Positions 1 through 10,079 of a stretch of 64,000 bases of DNA are shown here, in pieces; position 1 is the stretch's first letter, and every line of letters starts with the position of its first letter. The position numbers and the translations under genes were made by a program. The notes below the pieces were generated by a model. That model did not search any database. It was not told the DNA's origin and saw only the letters and a program-made list of their open reading frames with translations. The stretch comes from an uncultured Acidobacteriota bacterium. GTDB lineage: Bacteria; Acidobacteriota; Terriglobia; Terriglobales; Acidobacteriaceae. Location: NCBI GenBank assembly GCA_963817855.1, contig CAWFQA010000004.1, forward strand, positions 369,668-433,667, given 5' to 3'.

Positions 1-3000
1 AAATTTTAATCACCACGCCGGAGTCGCTGTACCTGTTGTTGACCAGCGATGCGGCCGTTTCGCTGCGTTCCGTCGAGACTGTCATTGTCGATGAGATTCA
101 CGCGCTGGTCCCTACGAAGAGAGGCGCCCATCTTGCAGTGTCTCTGGAGCGCTTGCAAGCGTTGGTGGGCCGTCCAATTCAGCGGATCGGACTGTCGGCA
201 ACCCAGCGACCACTGGAGGAGGTGGCGCAATTTCTCGGCGGCGTGGAGGTTCCGACGGAGGCGACGGGTCGAGTTGCTACTCCGGAAGCGAAGCGGGATT
301 TGGTGAGCGAAAACGTGGAAGCGCTGGGCGCGCTCGAGCCGGAGTGGCTGGCGAATTCTCCTGATATTTCAAGCCCCGGCACGCCACAGTTTCGATCGGT
401 CACCATCATCAACGCAAGCGAACCGAAGCGGCTGGATCTCCGCATCGAAGTTCCCGTTGAAGATATGGCGCGCCTGGGTCAGCCGGAAGAATTGCCCAGT
501 GGACCGGCATCGCAAGGACCGAAGCGCACCTCAATTTGGACCGCGATTCACCCGCGATTGCTGGAGTTGATTCGCGAAAAGCAATCCACGCTGATCTTTG
601 TGAACAGTCGCCGCGTGGCGGAGCGGTTGGCGGGTGCGCTGAATGATTTAGCACAGGAATCGATTGCGCGGGCCCACCATGGTTCGCTGGCTGCTTCACA
701 GAGGTCCGAGATCGAAGAGCTGCTGAAAGCGGGCCGCATTCGTGCGCTGGTTGCGACTTCGTCATTGGAACTGGGCATCGATATGGGAGCGGTTGACCTG
801 GTGATTCAGATCGAGGCGCCACCTTCGATTGCGAGCGGGATGCAGCGCATCGGTCGTGCCGGGCACCATGTGGGAGCCGTCAGCGACGGAATCATCTTTC
901 CAAAATTTCGCGCGGACCTGATCGCATGCGCAGCGGCAACAAGGGCTATGCATGAGGGGCTGGTGGAGTCGACACGGTATCTGCGCAATCCCCTGGATGT
1001 GCTGGCGCAACAGATCGTTGCGATTGTGGCAGAGCCGCCAGGAAAGCCACGCGCTATCAGGCCAGGTGGAAAGAAGTTGGCTTCACGCTCATCTACACCG
1101 GATTCACCGGATGAAGACCGAGAGAGTGTTCCGGTCGACTACGACTCATTGCACCGATTGATCGCAAGCTCCGCGCCGTTTGCCACGCTGAGTCGAGCGG
1201 CATTCGACGGCGTGCTGGACATGCTCTCCGGGCGCTATCCATCGGACGAGTTTGCGGAGTTGCGTCCTCGCATCACATGGGATCGCGTGCGTAATACATT
1301 GACGCCGCGACAGGGCGCCAAGAGCCTGGCAATTTTGAATGGCGGGACGATTCCAGATCGCGGCTTGTACGGGGTGTTTCTTTCCAGCTCAAAAGACAAG
1401 CCGGTGCGCGTGGGAGAACTGGATGAAGAAATGGTGTTTGAAAGCCACGGCGGCGACACGTTTGTTCTGGGCGCAACCACGTGGCGGATCGATGAGATCA
1501 CGCACGATCGCGTTCTTGTTTCTCCTGCGCCGGGCGAACCGGGAAAGATGCCGTTCTGGCATGGAGAGGGCCCTGGTAGGCCGCTGGAATTCGGGCGGCG
1601 TATTGGAGCCATGGTGCGAGAGTTACGTGGCATGGAGCGAAACGCCGCTGTCAGCCGCCTGTCTCGCGAACACGATCTGGACCCGCAGGCGGCGGACAAC
1701 CTGATGCGATTCCTGGTCGATCAGGAGATTGCGACGACCGAGGTTCCGGATGATCGCACCATTGTGATTGAACGATGCCGCGATGAGCTGGGCGATTGGC
1801 GTGTCTGCGTGCTGACGCCGTTTGGCAGCCGTATCCATTCACCGTGGGCGATGGCGGTAAGTGGACGATTGCATGCTGCGGGTCACGTCGACATTGAGAC
1901 GCTGTGGACCGATGACGGGTTCGTGCTGCGCTTTCCCGAGACGGATGAGCCTCCAGATGCCGAAGTGTTGATGCTCGATCCTACGGAAGCCACGGACTTG
2001 GTGCTGCGGCAGTTGGGATCGACGGCGTTGTTTGCGGCGAAGTTCCGTGAGAGCGCAGCCCGGGCACTGCTATTGCCTCGACGCCGCGCGCAAGGGCGCG
2101 CTCCGCTGTGGCAGCAACGCAAGCGTGCCTACGATTTGCTGACGGTGGCATCGCGGTACGCGTCATTTCCCATGCTGCTGGAGGCCTATCGAGAGACTCT
2201 GCGCGATGTGTTCGACATGCCTGCATTTCTTGAGGTGCTGCGCGGCATCGCGAGCCGCAGCATTCGTGTGCACGTGGCGGATACGCGCACGCCGTCGCCG
2301 TTCGCGTCCTCGTTGTTGTTCGGGTACGCGGCCAACTTTATCTATGACGGCGATGCTCCGTTGGCGGAGCGACGGGCGCAGGCTCTCACCATCGATCAGG
2401 ATCAATTGCGTGATCTGATGGGCGACGCGGACCTGCGTGAGTTGCTGGATGCCGCCGCAATCGAAGAAGTGGAGGAGCAACTGCAGGCGCTCGCCGAAAA
2501 TTATCGAGCGAAGAGTGTGGATGGTGTCCACGATCTGCTGCTGCGGTTGGGGGATCTCAGTCGCGCCGACCTTGTGCGTCGGACTGTTGGGTTGGACATA
2601 GACGCGGCTGCGGCGAAGTTGATTCGGGCGCGGCGGGCCCTTGAAGTGCAACAACTCGGTGAAAAGCGGCTGATTGCCATCGAGGATGCAGCCAAGTTCC
2701 GCGATGCTTTCGGGATTCCATTGCCGCCGGGGGTGCCGAAAGCATTCCTTGAGCCGGTAGTTGAGCCGCAGTTAGAGCTTCTAAAACGCTATGCACGTAC
2801 GCACGCGCCGTTTACTGCCGATGAGGCTGCCATGCGCTTTGGATGGAATCCTCAAACGGTGCAAAGCCGGCTTCGTGCTTTGGTTCACGCAGGCCGTCTG
2901 GTGGAAGGCAATTTTCGGCCCGGTGGAATCCATCGCGAATGGTGCGATGCCGAGGTGTTGCGGACGATACGACGCAAGTCTCTTGCGCGATTGCGCAAGC

Positions 3001-4427
3001 AAGTGGAACCCGTCGAGCAGCAAACGCTGGCGCGTATGGCGACTCACTGGCATGGATGTCTTCATCGTCGGCGCGGGTTGGACGCAGTGCTGGATGCGAT
3101 TGACCAATTACAAGGGGCTCCTTTGGCGGCTTCTGTGATCGAGCGGGAGATATTGCCGGCTCGCGTCGCGGGATATCAAACGAGCAACCTGGATACCTTG
3201 ATCGGCGCCGGCGAAGTGGTGTGGTGCGGGGTCGAGCCGATTGGCGAAACGGATGGGCGCATCGCGCTGTACCTTGCCGACAAGATCGCCGAACTGCACG
3301 CGCCGGCAACCGCGAAGCTGCTGACCGATCCCTCGGAGAATCCACTGGGCGAAAAGCAACAGCAAATCCTCGGATTGCTGGCGTCGCGCGGCGCAATGTT
3401 TTTTTCCAGTTTGCATGAAGCGCTCGGCGGAGGATTTCCCGGTGAGACGATCGATGCGCTATGGGGTTTGGTATGGACCGGACGGGTCACGAATGACACG
3501 TTTCATGCGCTGCGCGCGTACATGGCGCGGCGAGCGACTACTCGGAGTCCTTCACGGCAGCATGTGCAGTCCAATTTTCGTTCGCGTCGTACGTTAGCGC
3601 CGAGTGCGCAAGGTCGCTGGACCCTTGTGGATGCCGCCGAGTCCGATCCGATGTCGCCGACACTTCGAAGCCACGCGGTTGCATTGCAGTTGCTGAAACG
3701 GCATGGCGTCGTTACTCGCGAGACCATGGGCCTGGAGAATATTGCGGGTGGTTTTAGCGCGGTATATGACGTGCTGAAGGCTCTTGAGGAAGCTGGCCGC
3801 GTGCGCCGCGGATATTTTGTGGCTGGGTTGGGTGGAGCACAATTTGCGCTGCCTTCCGCGATCGATTTGTTGCGCTCATTGCGATCCGATCGTACTCCAG
3901 AAAAATCTGAGATGCTGTGCCTGGTCGCGACCGACCCGGCGAACCTTTATGGTTCAGTGTTGCGTTGGCCCTCCGCTCCAACCGTTGCGGAGGTCGCCGA
4001 TTCAAGTCAGAACATGATGGAGAGCGAACCGGCAAGAGAAGGGAACACGCGAGTGTTGGCGAGAGCTGTGGGAGCTCGCGTCATTCTGCGAAATGGCGAA
4101 CTTGCCGGCTATATGCGACGAAATAATCCGAACCTGATTGTCTTCCTCCCTGCTGATGAACCGGATCGGAGCCATGCGGCTCGCGATCTGGCAAATTTTC
4201 TGGTCGAGCTGGGACAGCAGGATTTGCAGGTTCAGGGTTCGGGCCGCCCTGCAGGATTGCTGCTGGCAACTGTGAACGACGTTCCGATCGCGGAGCACTT
4301 TCTCGCTCGTTTTTTGTTAGACGCGGGCTTCCACGCGTCACCGATGGGCTTCCATCTGCGCCGTGCGCTGCTGTCTCCAATAGTTAAGGAAACTGCGGCG
4401 ACTCTGCCGTCGCGCGAGGTGCAATAG
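1..4427 (+). CDS. lhr: Lhr-type large ATP-dependent DEAH-box helicase (5' end outside the window)
   Basis: The frame is already open at nt 3 (ILITTPESLYLLLTSD...), upstream of the listed Met. Helicase motifs VIVDEIHAL (DEIH), GLSATQ (motif III) and MQRIGRAGH (motif VI). More than 1460 aa, with the long C-terminal extension typical of Lhr. TAG stop at 4425-4427. Confidence 0.9.
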   Translation, partial: ILITTPESLYLLLTSDAAVSLRSVETVIVDEIHALVPTKRGAHLAVSLERLQALVGRPIQRIGLSATQRPLEEVAQFLGGVEVPTEATGRVATPEAKRDLVSENVEALGALEPEWLANSPDISSPGTPQFRSVTIINASEPKRLDLRIEVPVEDMARLGQPEELPSGPASQGPKRTSIWTAIHPRLLELIREKQSTLIFVNSRRVAERLAGALNDLAQESIARAHHGSLAASQRSEIEELLKAGRIRALVATSSLELGIDMGAVDLVIQIEAPPSIASGMQRIGRAGHHVGAVSDGIIFPKFRADLIACAAATRAMHEGLVESTRYLRNPLDVLAQQIVAIVAEPPGKPRAIRPGGKKLASRSSTPDSPDEDRESVPVDYDSLHRLIASSAPFATLSRAAFDGVLDMLSGRYPSDEFAELRPRITWDRVRNTLTPRQGAKSLAILNGGTIPDRGLYGVFLSSSKDKPVRVGELDEEMVFESHGGDTFVLGATTWRIDEITHDRVLVSPAPGEPGKMPFWHGEGPGRPLEFGRRIGAMVRELRGMERNAAVSRLSREHDLDPQAADNLMRFLVDQEIATTEVPDDRTIVIERCRDELGDWRVCVLTPFGSRIHSPWAMAVSGRLHAAGHVDIETLWTDDGFVLRFPETDEPPDAEVLMLDPTEATDLVLRQLGSTALFAAKFRESAARALLLPRRRAQGRAPLWQQRKRAYDLLTVASRYASFPMLLEAYRETLRDVFDMPAFLEVLRGIASRSIRVHVADTRTPSPFASSLLFGYAANFIYDGDAPLAERRAQALTIDQDQLRDLMGDADLRELLDAAAIEEVEEQLQALAENYRAKSVDGVHDLLLRLGDLSRADLVRRTVGLDIDAAAAKLIRARRALEVQQLGEKRLIAIEDAAKFRDAFGIPLPPGVPKAFLEPVVEPQLELLKRYARTHAPFTADEAAMRFGWNPQTVQSRLRALVHAGRLVEGNFRPGGIHREWCDAEVLRTIRRKSLARLRKQVEPVEQQTLARMATHWHGCLHRRRGLDAVLDAIDQLQGAPLAASVIEREILPARVAGYQTSNLDTLIGAGEVVWCGVEPIGETDGRIALYLADKIAELHAPATAKLLTDPSENPLGEKQQQILGLLASRGAMFFSSLHEALGGGFPGETIDALWGLVWTGRVTNDTFHALRAYMARRATTRSPSRQHVQSNFRSRRTLAPSAQGRWTLVDAAESDPMSPTLRSHAVALQLLKRHGVVTRETMGLENIAGGFSAVYDVLKALEEAGRVRRGYFVAGLGGAQFALPSAIDLLRSLRSDRTPEKSEMLCLVATDPANLYGSVLRWPSAPTVAEVADSSQNMMESEPAREGNTRVLARAVGARVILRNGELAGYMRRNNPNLIVFLPADEPDRSHAARDLANFLVELGQQDLQVQGSGRPAGLLLATVNDVPIAEHFLARFLLDAGFHASPMGFHLRRALLSPIVKETAATLPSREVQ

Positions 4428-4429
4428 GA

Positions 4430-5263
4430 GTGCCAGAGGGAGACACCATATTTCGCTCGGCGCGTGCGTTGAACCGCGTGCTGGCAGGAAAAATCGTAAC
4501 CCGATTTGAAACAGCTTATGCTCACCTGGCGAACGTCGATGACGACAAGAAAATTTCTGGGCGTACCATCGAGCGGGTCGAACCGCGAGGCAAATGGTTG
4601 CTGATGTATTTCTCCGGCGATTTGATCCTGGTGACGCACATGCGGATGAATGGGTCATGGCATCTTTATCGAGCAGGGGAGCGATGGCGGCGGCCACGGC
4701 GGGATATGCGTATTGTGATTGAGACCGCGGATTGGACGGCAGTGGGATTTGCCGTTCCCGTCGCGGAGTTTCATTCTGCGGCATCGTTGCTGCGAAAGAC
4801 AATGATTCCTGCATTAGGTCCGGACTTGCTAGAGAAAGACTTTAACGTTGCCGGAGTCATCGCCACCATGCGCCAACATGCCGATGAGCAGATTGCCGAG
4901 GTCTTGCTGGAGCAGCGAGTGATGGCGGGAATTGGGAATGTCTACAAGTCTGAAACTTGTTTCATCTGCGGAGTGAACCCGTTCCGCGAGGCTCGGACGC
5001 TCGATGCCGGCCAACTCGAGCAGCTGGTTTTTGCGGCCAGGAAATTTCTCGCATTGAACGTTGCAGAAGACGCGGACGGAGAAATCTCAACCTACGCGGG
5101 GCTGCGACGCACCACTCGTACCGCCGACCAATCCGCGCGCTTATGGGTGTATGGGCGTCGCGGTAAACCCTGTCGGCGTTGTGGCACCTCCATCGAAATG
5201 CGCAAGCAGGGCGCGGGCGCACGAACCACCTTCTGGTGCCCATCCTGCCAGCCCATCCAATAA
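4430..5263 (+). CDS. nei: Fpg/Nei-family DNA glycosylase (endonuclease VIII, Nei2-like)
   Basis: GTG start 2 nt after the lhr stop, with GAGGT 9 nt upstream. The N-terminus MPEGDT provides the catalytic Pro2/Glu3. C-terminal zinc finger CRRCGTSIEMRKQGAGARTTFWCPSC (C-x2-C-x16-C-x2-C). Confidence 0.85.
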   Translation: MPEGDTIFRSARALNRVLAGKIVTRFETAYAHLANVDDDKKISGRTIERVEPRGKWLLMYFSGDLILVTHMRMNGSWHLYRAGERWRRPRRDMRIVIETADWTAVGFAVPVAEFHSAASLLRKTMIPALGPDLLEKDFNVAGVIATMRQHADEQIAEVLLEQRVMAGIGNVYKSETCFICGVNPFREARTLDAGQLEQLVFAARKFLALNVAEDADGEISTYAGLRRTTRTADQSARLWVYGRRGKPCRRCGTSIEMRKQGAGARTTFWCPSCQPIQ

Positions 5264-5568
5264 AAAGACCTCACTCGCACAGCCGACGCGTCGTGCGCCA
5301 CTGTGACTGGAACACACAGCAGCTGCGACGCGGAGCTGCGAGTACTTTATGGCCTCGAGAACCATCCCGTCCGCGTTAACGAGCCGTTTCAGATGCTCAG
5401 ACTGCTTGAGAACGATCGTGCCGAAACAGCTGTGGCGCATAGAAAATTCACTCGGAGCGCAAGAAGATTTGGGACCGGTTTTCCTCGGACATTTATCAAA
5501 TGTTCTTGCGATCACCGCCAAAACACTGCATAATCGTGACGAGAGACGGTACCTGCGAGCACTGATCT

Positions 5569-6453
5569 GTGACCCGATATAGCCGTCAAGATGTATTGCG
5601 AATCCTGCAAGTGTCCGCGCGCCAACTGCAAGGTTGGGAGCGGGCTGGGCTAGTCGATTCTCTCGAAACCTACACCTTTCAGCAGCTTTCCCAACTAAGG
5701 AAACTTCGCCTTCTGTCGCTGCAGCGGATTAAAAGCTCGCGCATTTCTGCGTCTGTCGCAGCCATGCAGCGAGTTTCCGGAATGAGCAACCCCCTGCTGG
5801 AAGCCGGCATGGTATACGGCGGCAGCCGAGTTGTTTTTCGTCACGAGGGAGCGATTGTCGATCCGCTGTCGAGGCAGTTGGTCTTCGATTTCGAGGGCCG
5901 GAGTCCGGAGAGTGTCTGTACCGTCGTTGGGGAAGTCGCGCATCAGCGTTTCCGGGAATCACAGGCGGCGGAGCTTTTTTATGAAGCGGTGCGGATGGAA
6001 GATGAGCAGGGTTTGCTGGGGCGCGTGATCGAGCTGTATCAACATGCGATCGAACTGCATCCCGGCCATGCGGCTGCGTTGATTAATCTGGGGACAATCT
6101 ATTACAACCAGCGGCAATATCAACAAGCGGAACAGGTCTATCGGCGAGCCACCGAGGCCGACCCGAACTATGCGCTGGCATTTTTCGATCTGGGCAATGC
6201 GCTCGACGAACTACAGCGCCTGACCGAAGCAATTGACGCCTATAAAGCCGCTATCCGAATCATCCCAAGGTACGCGGACGCACACTACAACCTGGCGCTG
6301 GCATATGAGCGCATCGGGGAGCATCGCCGCGCTTTGCCACACTGGATGACTTACAGCCGGCTGGATCCGAGCGGACCGTGGTCGAACCATGCGCGCGGAC
6401 AGGCTCGGCGACTCATTGAGGCCGACCATCTATTTATCGTCTTCCGTCGCTAG
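5569..6453 (+). CDS. MerR-type HTH protein with C-terminal TPR repeats
   Basis: GTG start. The N-terminus YSRQDVLRILQVSARQLQGWERAGLV resembles a MerR HTH. The C-terminal half carries TPR-like repeats (AALINLGTIYYNQRQYQQAEQVYRRATEADPNYALAFFDLGNAL..., AHYNLALAYERIG). Confidence 0.7.
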   Translation: MTRYSRQDVLRILQVSARQLQGWERAGLVDSLETYTFQQLSQLRKLRLLSLQRIKSSRISASVAAMQRVSGMSNPLLEAGMVYGGSRVVFRHEGAIVDPLSRQLVFDFEGRSPESVCTVVGEVAHQRFRESQAAELFYEAVRMEDEQGLLGRVIELYQHAIELHPGHAAALINLGTIYYNQRQYQQAEQVYRRATEADPNYALAFFDLGNALDELQRLTEAIDAYKAAIRIIPRYADAHYNLALAYERIGEHRRALPHWMTYSRLDPSGPWSNHARGQARRLIEADHLFIVFRR

Positions 6454-6465
6454 ACGCAGCTGTCA

Positions 6466-7191
6466 TTATGCCGAATGCGAATCGGCTTGCTGCAATCGCC
6501 AAATCAGATACGGCACGGCTGTCATAGACAGAAGGATCAGGGAATGCAGCAAGCCGTAAGGATTGCCCTGGACGATCGGCGCCAGTGTAAAGCCCATGCT
6601 GACATGCGCAAGTTCTCCAGGTGCTACGGGCGGATGGGTGTGCACCTGCCCTGTACCGCCCAGGAAAGCGATGAGAACCAAACCGACGAGAGGCCAGATC
6701 GCTTTCAATCGTTGGCGAATGGCAACCAGCCCAATGCCCCAACCGACAAGTACCGGCGCGAAGAAATAGATCGACCTGCCAATTTGAAAATAGATATTCG
6801 CAAAATCGAATAGTCGGTAGTGTCTCGTGCCAAATGGAGTCACGGCTCCGGGGAGGAATATATTCCACCCGGACCACAGGATGAACAAGGCAACGGCCCA
6901 CTCTGCTGCTAGAACCAATGCGGGTGCCAGGCTGAACATCGCCCAAGGTGCACGAGCACACCAGGATTGGAATTGGCGCTGCTCGATCATCGCTGTGGCC
7001 AGGTCATCCATGCTTCCGAGCCGGGAAAAGGCCGCCGATTCTGCGTCTGCTGCACTGTGTCCCGCACGCACCTCTTCTGTCTTCAAATCTGCCAAATGGT
7101 CGCTGAGCTCGCCCACGTACCTGCGCACATGTCTTGGCGCGACGCCGGCGCGCAGCAATCGTTCGCGCAGTTCATGAAATGGCTTTGGCAT
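6466..7191 (-). CDS. PadR-associated integral membrane protein
   Basis: 241-aa ORF overlapping the PadR stop by 20 nt. Soluble helical N-terminus (HELRERLLRAGVAPRHVRRYVGELSDHLADL) followed by several hydrophobic helices. This architecture commonly follows PadR regulators. Confidence 0.65.
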   Translation of the reverse strand: MPKPFHELRERLLRAGVAPRHVRRYVGELSDHLADLKTEEVRAGHSAADAESAAFSRLGSMDDLATAMIEQRQFQSWCARAPWAMFSLAPALVLAAEWAVALFILWSGWNIFLPGAVTPFGTRHYRLFDFANIYFQIGRSIYFFAPVLVGWGIGLVAIRQRLKAIWPLVGLVLIAFLGGTGQVHTHPPVAPGELAHVSMGFTLAPIVQGNPYGLLHSLILLSMTAVPYLIWRLQQADSHSA

Positions 7192-7531
7192 GTTGTCCTC
7201 CCGTTAGCATGGTTTGAATCGCTGTCGCTAGGTTGTTCCAGGTTTGGGACAGATTGACCAGCCTGCGCGAACCCGCGGCTGTAACGGAATAATAGATTCG
7301 CCTTCGCCCCTTGACCGTTTTGCGCCGGGATCGGAGGGCTCCGTCCTGCTCCAGACCATGCAGTACCGGATAGACCACTCCTTCTCCGATGGCAATCACA
7401 GCATCGGTGCGTTCGCGGATGGCCTGCACGATTTCATAGCCGTACATCTCCTCTTGCTGCAGGAGTCGAAGGATCAGAAGTTCGGGAACGCCATTCATGA
7501 AATTCGGATTGGTTTCTCGTGCCCTCATCAT
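7172..7531 (-). CDS. PadR family transcriptional regulator
   Basis: ELLILRLLQQEEMYGYEIVQAIRERT...GVVYPVLHGLEQDGALRS...GRRRIYYSVTAAG is a typical PadR winged-helix signature. Confidence 0.85.
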   Translation of the reverse strand: MMRARETNPNFMNGVPELLILRLLQQEEMYGYEIVQAIRERTDAVIAIGEGVVYPVLHGLEQDGALRSRRKTVKGRRRIYYSVTAAGSRRLVNLSQTWNNLATAIQTMLTGGQHAKAIS

Positions 7532-7671
7532 GGATCATGATACCTCGTAGTTCAATGTATTGCAATCCTGTTTTTACGATTGCCAGTCAAGCTCGAAATA
7601 TCGGCACTGTCACCGACTCATAGGCGAACCTGGAGTGCGCACGATGTGGCAGTGCCCGGACCGGTGTTGGC

Positions 7672-9174
7672 ATGCTTGCTAAAATTGAATCTGTCATGCC
7701 AGCCACCTCGACTCTTTCTCCTGAAGTTCTTGCGAAATATGAGCCGGTCATCGGCTTGGAAGTGCATGTCCAACTGCTGACGGAAACGAAGGCATTTTGC
7801 GGCTGTTCGAGTCGCTTTGGCTCCGCGCCCAACACGCAGGTGTGCCCGGTTTGCCTGGGATTGCCCGGCGCTCTGCCGGTTTTGAACCGGCGTGCGGTGG
7901 AATTTGCGACGCTGGCCGCGATGGCGCTGCATTGCGAGATCAAGGAAACCTCGATCTTTGCGCGCAAAAACTATTTCTACCCTGACCTGCCGAAGGGCTA
8001 TCAGATTTCTCAATTCGACAAGCCGCTGGGTGAACACGGCTGGATCGATGTGCCAGCGTCGGCAGGGGGGACCAAGCGCATTGGCATCACGCGGCTGCAC
8101 ATGGAAGAGGACGCGGGCAAGAGCATGCACGAAGGGTTCCACGATTCGCGCGAGAGAACATACATTGACCTGAATCGATGTGGCACGCCGCTGGTGGAAA
8201 TTGTCAGCGAGCCCGACATTCGCTCCGCCGAGGAAGCCTACGAATATCTGACCCTCATCAAGGAGATTCTGCTGTACACGGCTGTGAGCGATTGCAATAT
8301 GGAAGAGGGCTCGCTGCGTTGTGATGCCAACGTCAGCGTGCGATTGAAGGGTGCGGAGAAATTCGGCACCAAGGCGGAAGTGAAAAATGTAAACAGCTTT
8401 CGCTTCGTTCGCGCCGCGCTGGAATATGAAATCGAGCGGCAGGTAGAAGTGATCGAGGGGGGCGGGCGCGTGGTGCAGGAGTCGCGGCTCTATAACTCCG
8501 CCGAAGGCCGCACCTACTCGATGCGCTCGAAGGAGCAGGCGCACGATTACCGGTATTTTCCCGATCCGGACCTGCCGCCGCTCGTGGTCAGTCCAGCCTG
8601 GCAGGAAGAGATTCGCGCCACTATGCCTGAATTGCCGGAAGCGCGCCGCGAACGCATGATTGCGGAGTACGAAATTACTGCACAGGACGCGCAGGTGCTG
8701 ACCAGCAGCCGCGCCTTCGCCGATCAGTTTGAGCAAGCGGCTAAGGCGGCGAAAAGTCCAAAGCGCGTGGCTAACCTGGTGCAAGGCGAACTGCTAGGAC
8801 GGTTGAGAGCAGCGGGATTAGAACTAGCGCAATCGCCCATCTCCATGCAGGGAATTGCACAAGCGGCAGATCTGGCGGAAAGCGGTGCGGTTTCCAGCAA
8901 GATGCTGAAGCAACTCTTCGACCGATGCTTCGAGACGGGCGAGGATTTTGCAGTCGTGTACGAACGCGAGAAGCCGCAACAAATCAGCGATTCCGGCGCA
9001 CTCGAAAAGATGATCGACGAGGTAATCGCCGCCAATCCGAAGCAGGTGGAGCAATACCGCAGCGGCAAAAAGACGGTATCTGCATTCTTCGTCGGTCAGG
9101 TGATGAAACTGTCCAAAGGGCAGGCCAATCCCGCTCTGCTGAATGAGCTGGTCACAAGGAAACTGGATGGCTGA
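7672..9174 (+). CDS. gatB: Asp-tRNA(Asn)/Glu-tRNA(Gln) amidotransferase subunit B
   Basis: YEPVIGLEVHVQL, CPVCLGLPGALP and DANVSV motifs, with full-length GatB colinearity. The start could instead be the ATG at 7696. Confidence 0.95.
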   Translation: MLAKIESVMPATSTLSPEVLAKYEPVIGLEVHVQLLTETKAFCGCSSRFGSAPNTQVCPVCLGLPGALPVLNRRAVEFATLAAMALHCEIKETSIFARKNYFYPDLPKGYQISQFDKPLGEHGWIDVPASAGGTKRIGITRLHMEEDAGKSMHEGFHDSRERTYIDLNRCGTPLVEIVSEPDIRSAEEAYEYLTLIKEILLYTAVSDCNMEEGSLRCDANVSVRLKGAEKFGTKAEVKNVNSFRFVRAALEYEIERQVEVIEGGGRVVQESRLYNSAEGRTYSMRSKEQAHDYRYFPDPDLPPLVVSPAWQEEIRATMPELPEARRERMIAEYEITAQDAQVLTSSRAFADQFEQAAKAAKSPKRVANLVQGELLGRLRAAGLELAQSPISMQGIAQAADLAESGAVSSKMLKQLFDRCFETGEDFAVVYEREKPQQISDSGALEKMIDEVIAANPKQVEQYRSGKKTVSAFFVGQVMKLSKGQANPALLNELVTRKLDG

Positions 9175-9625
9175 GAGTTCGACAAAAGCGGAAGTGAGGG
9201 AAGTGGTCGCGGCAGATACGGAGCGAACCTATGCAGCGTTTTGCGTGCTGCGCGAGGGGCGTCCAGTGATGGCAAGCATCCACAGCTTCACGGATTGGGT
9301 GAACCAGCACCAGCGCCCGGAGGGCTATCGTGTCGTTGGCGCGTTTCTGCCGGGAGAGGCAGATGCCGTGGCGGCTGCTGGCTTTCGGGTTCTCCACCAG
9401 CTTTCGAAAGCGCGTTTTCTTTACGTGGACGACCTGGTCACGCTGCCGACTCATCGTTCCAGCGGATATGCCGGGATGGTTTTCGATTGGTTAGTTCAGG
9501 AGGCTCGCCGCCAGAACTGCGAGCAACTGCATCTCGACTCGGGACACCAGCGCTTCGATGCGCATCGCTTCTACTTGAAGCGCGGCATGATCATGAACGC
9601 TCATCATTTCAGCATGAATGTGTGA
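9167..9625 (+). CDS. GNAT family N-acetyltransferase
   Basis: The ATG at 9167 overlaps the gatB stop (ATGGCTGA). The core LYVDDLVTLPTHRSSGYAGMVFDWLVQEARRQNCEQLHLDSG...AHRFYLKRGM is GNAT-like. The ORF track offers an earlier start at 9143. Confidence 0.75.
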   Translation: MAESSTKAEVREVVAADTERTYAAFCVLREGRPVMASIHSFTDWVNQHQRPEGYRVVGAFLPGEADAVAAAGFRVLHQLSKARFLYVDDLVTLPTHRSSGYAGMVFDWLVQEARRQNCEQLHLDSGHQRFDAHRFYLKRGMIMNAHHFSMNV

Positions 9626-9640
9626 TCGGGAACAGGGATC

Positions 9641-9751
9641 TCACCAATTCATTGACTCAGAAAATAGAAAATTCTTCGGCCATTCGGTGTAATAGCAGTG
9701 TTCGCGCGACGTGCTGCTGAGGTTGAGATTGCGGGGACCGTTGGAATCTTT
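9641..9751 (-). pseudogene. Relic of a DinB-family gene (last 36 codons only)
   Basis: The minus-strand frame reads KDSNGPRNLNLSSTSREHCYYTEWPKNFLFSESMNW*. This aligns with the C-terminus of the intact DinB gene 440 bp away (QLSSLLREAGYKTDWPKDFLFSEAIE*). Nt 9657-9690 versus 10093-10126 is about 30/34 identical. An in-frame TAG lies immediately upstream. Confidence 0.4.
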
Positions 9752-9761
9752 CTACAGCATC

Positions 9762-9974
9762 CTATACAGCTTCATCCGCATTCCGTTTCCCGAGGACGTC
9801 GATCGCCAGCGGAATGGTCGTGATTGCCCCCACAAAAACGAGGGCCCACCCGGCCGCCTTCCGCTGATCGTCGTCGAGTCTGGTAGAAAGCAGAAGTCCG
9901 ATCCCAACACCCAGCGCAACGCGCGTACCTGCAAGCAACATGATTTCAGCAAGTGTGAACTTACGTTCGAACAT
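9762..9974 (-). CDS. Small two-helix membrane protein, hypothetical
   Basis: 70-aa ORF with two hydrophobic segments (LAEIMLLAGTRVALGVGIGLLLS and WALVFVGAITTIPLAIDVL) separated by DDDQRKAAG. Confidence 0.5.
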   Translation of the reverse strand: MFERKFTLAEIMLLAGTRVALGVGIGLLLSTRLDDDQRKAAGWALVFVGAITTIPLAIDVLGKRNADEAV

Positions 9975-10079
9975 GCCTTCAATCTACTCGCTTTCCCTCA
10001 TTGGCGTTGCACAAGTAAACGATCGTGCGACGTGATTGGCCGAGAGGTATCGGTGCGCCGCATTCCCAGCGATTTTCGG

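Noticed and set aside
7559-7566. ATTGCAAT palindrome as a PadR operator
   Set aside because: It is only 8 bp and does not match the ATGT-N8-ACAT type of PadR site that I know. It is mentioned but not annotated as a feature.
7618-8784. 388-aa minus-strand ORF antisense to gatB
   Set aside because: It lies entirely opposite a strongly supported gene. The product is Arg/His/Leu/Ala-rich with no motifs, which is a typical shadow ORF in GC-rich DNA.
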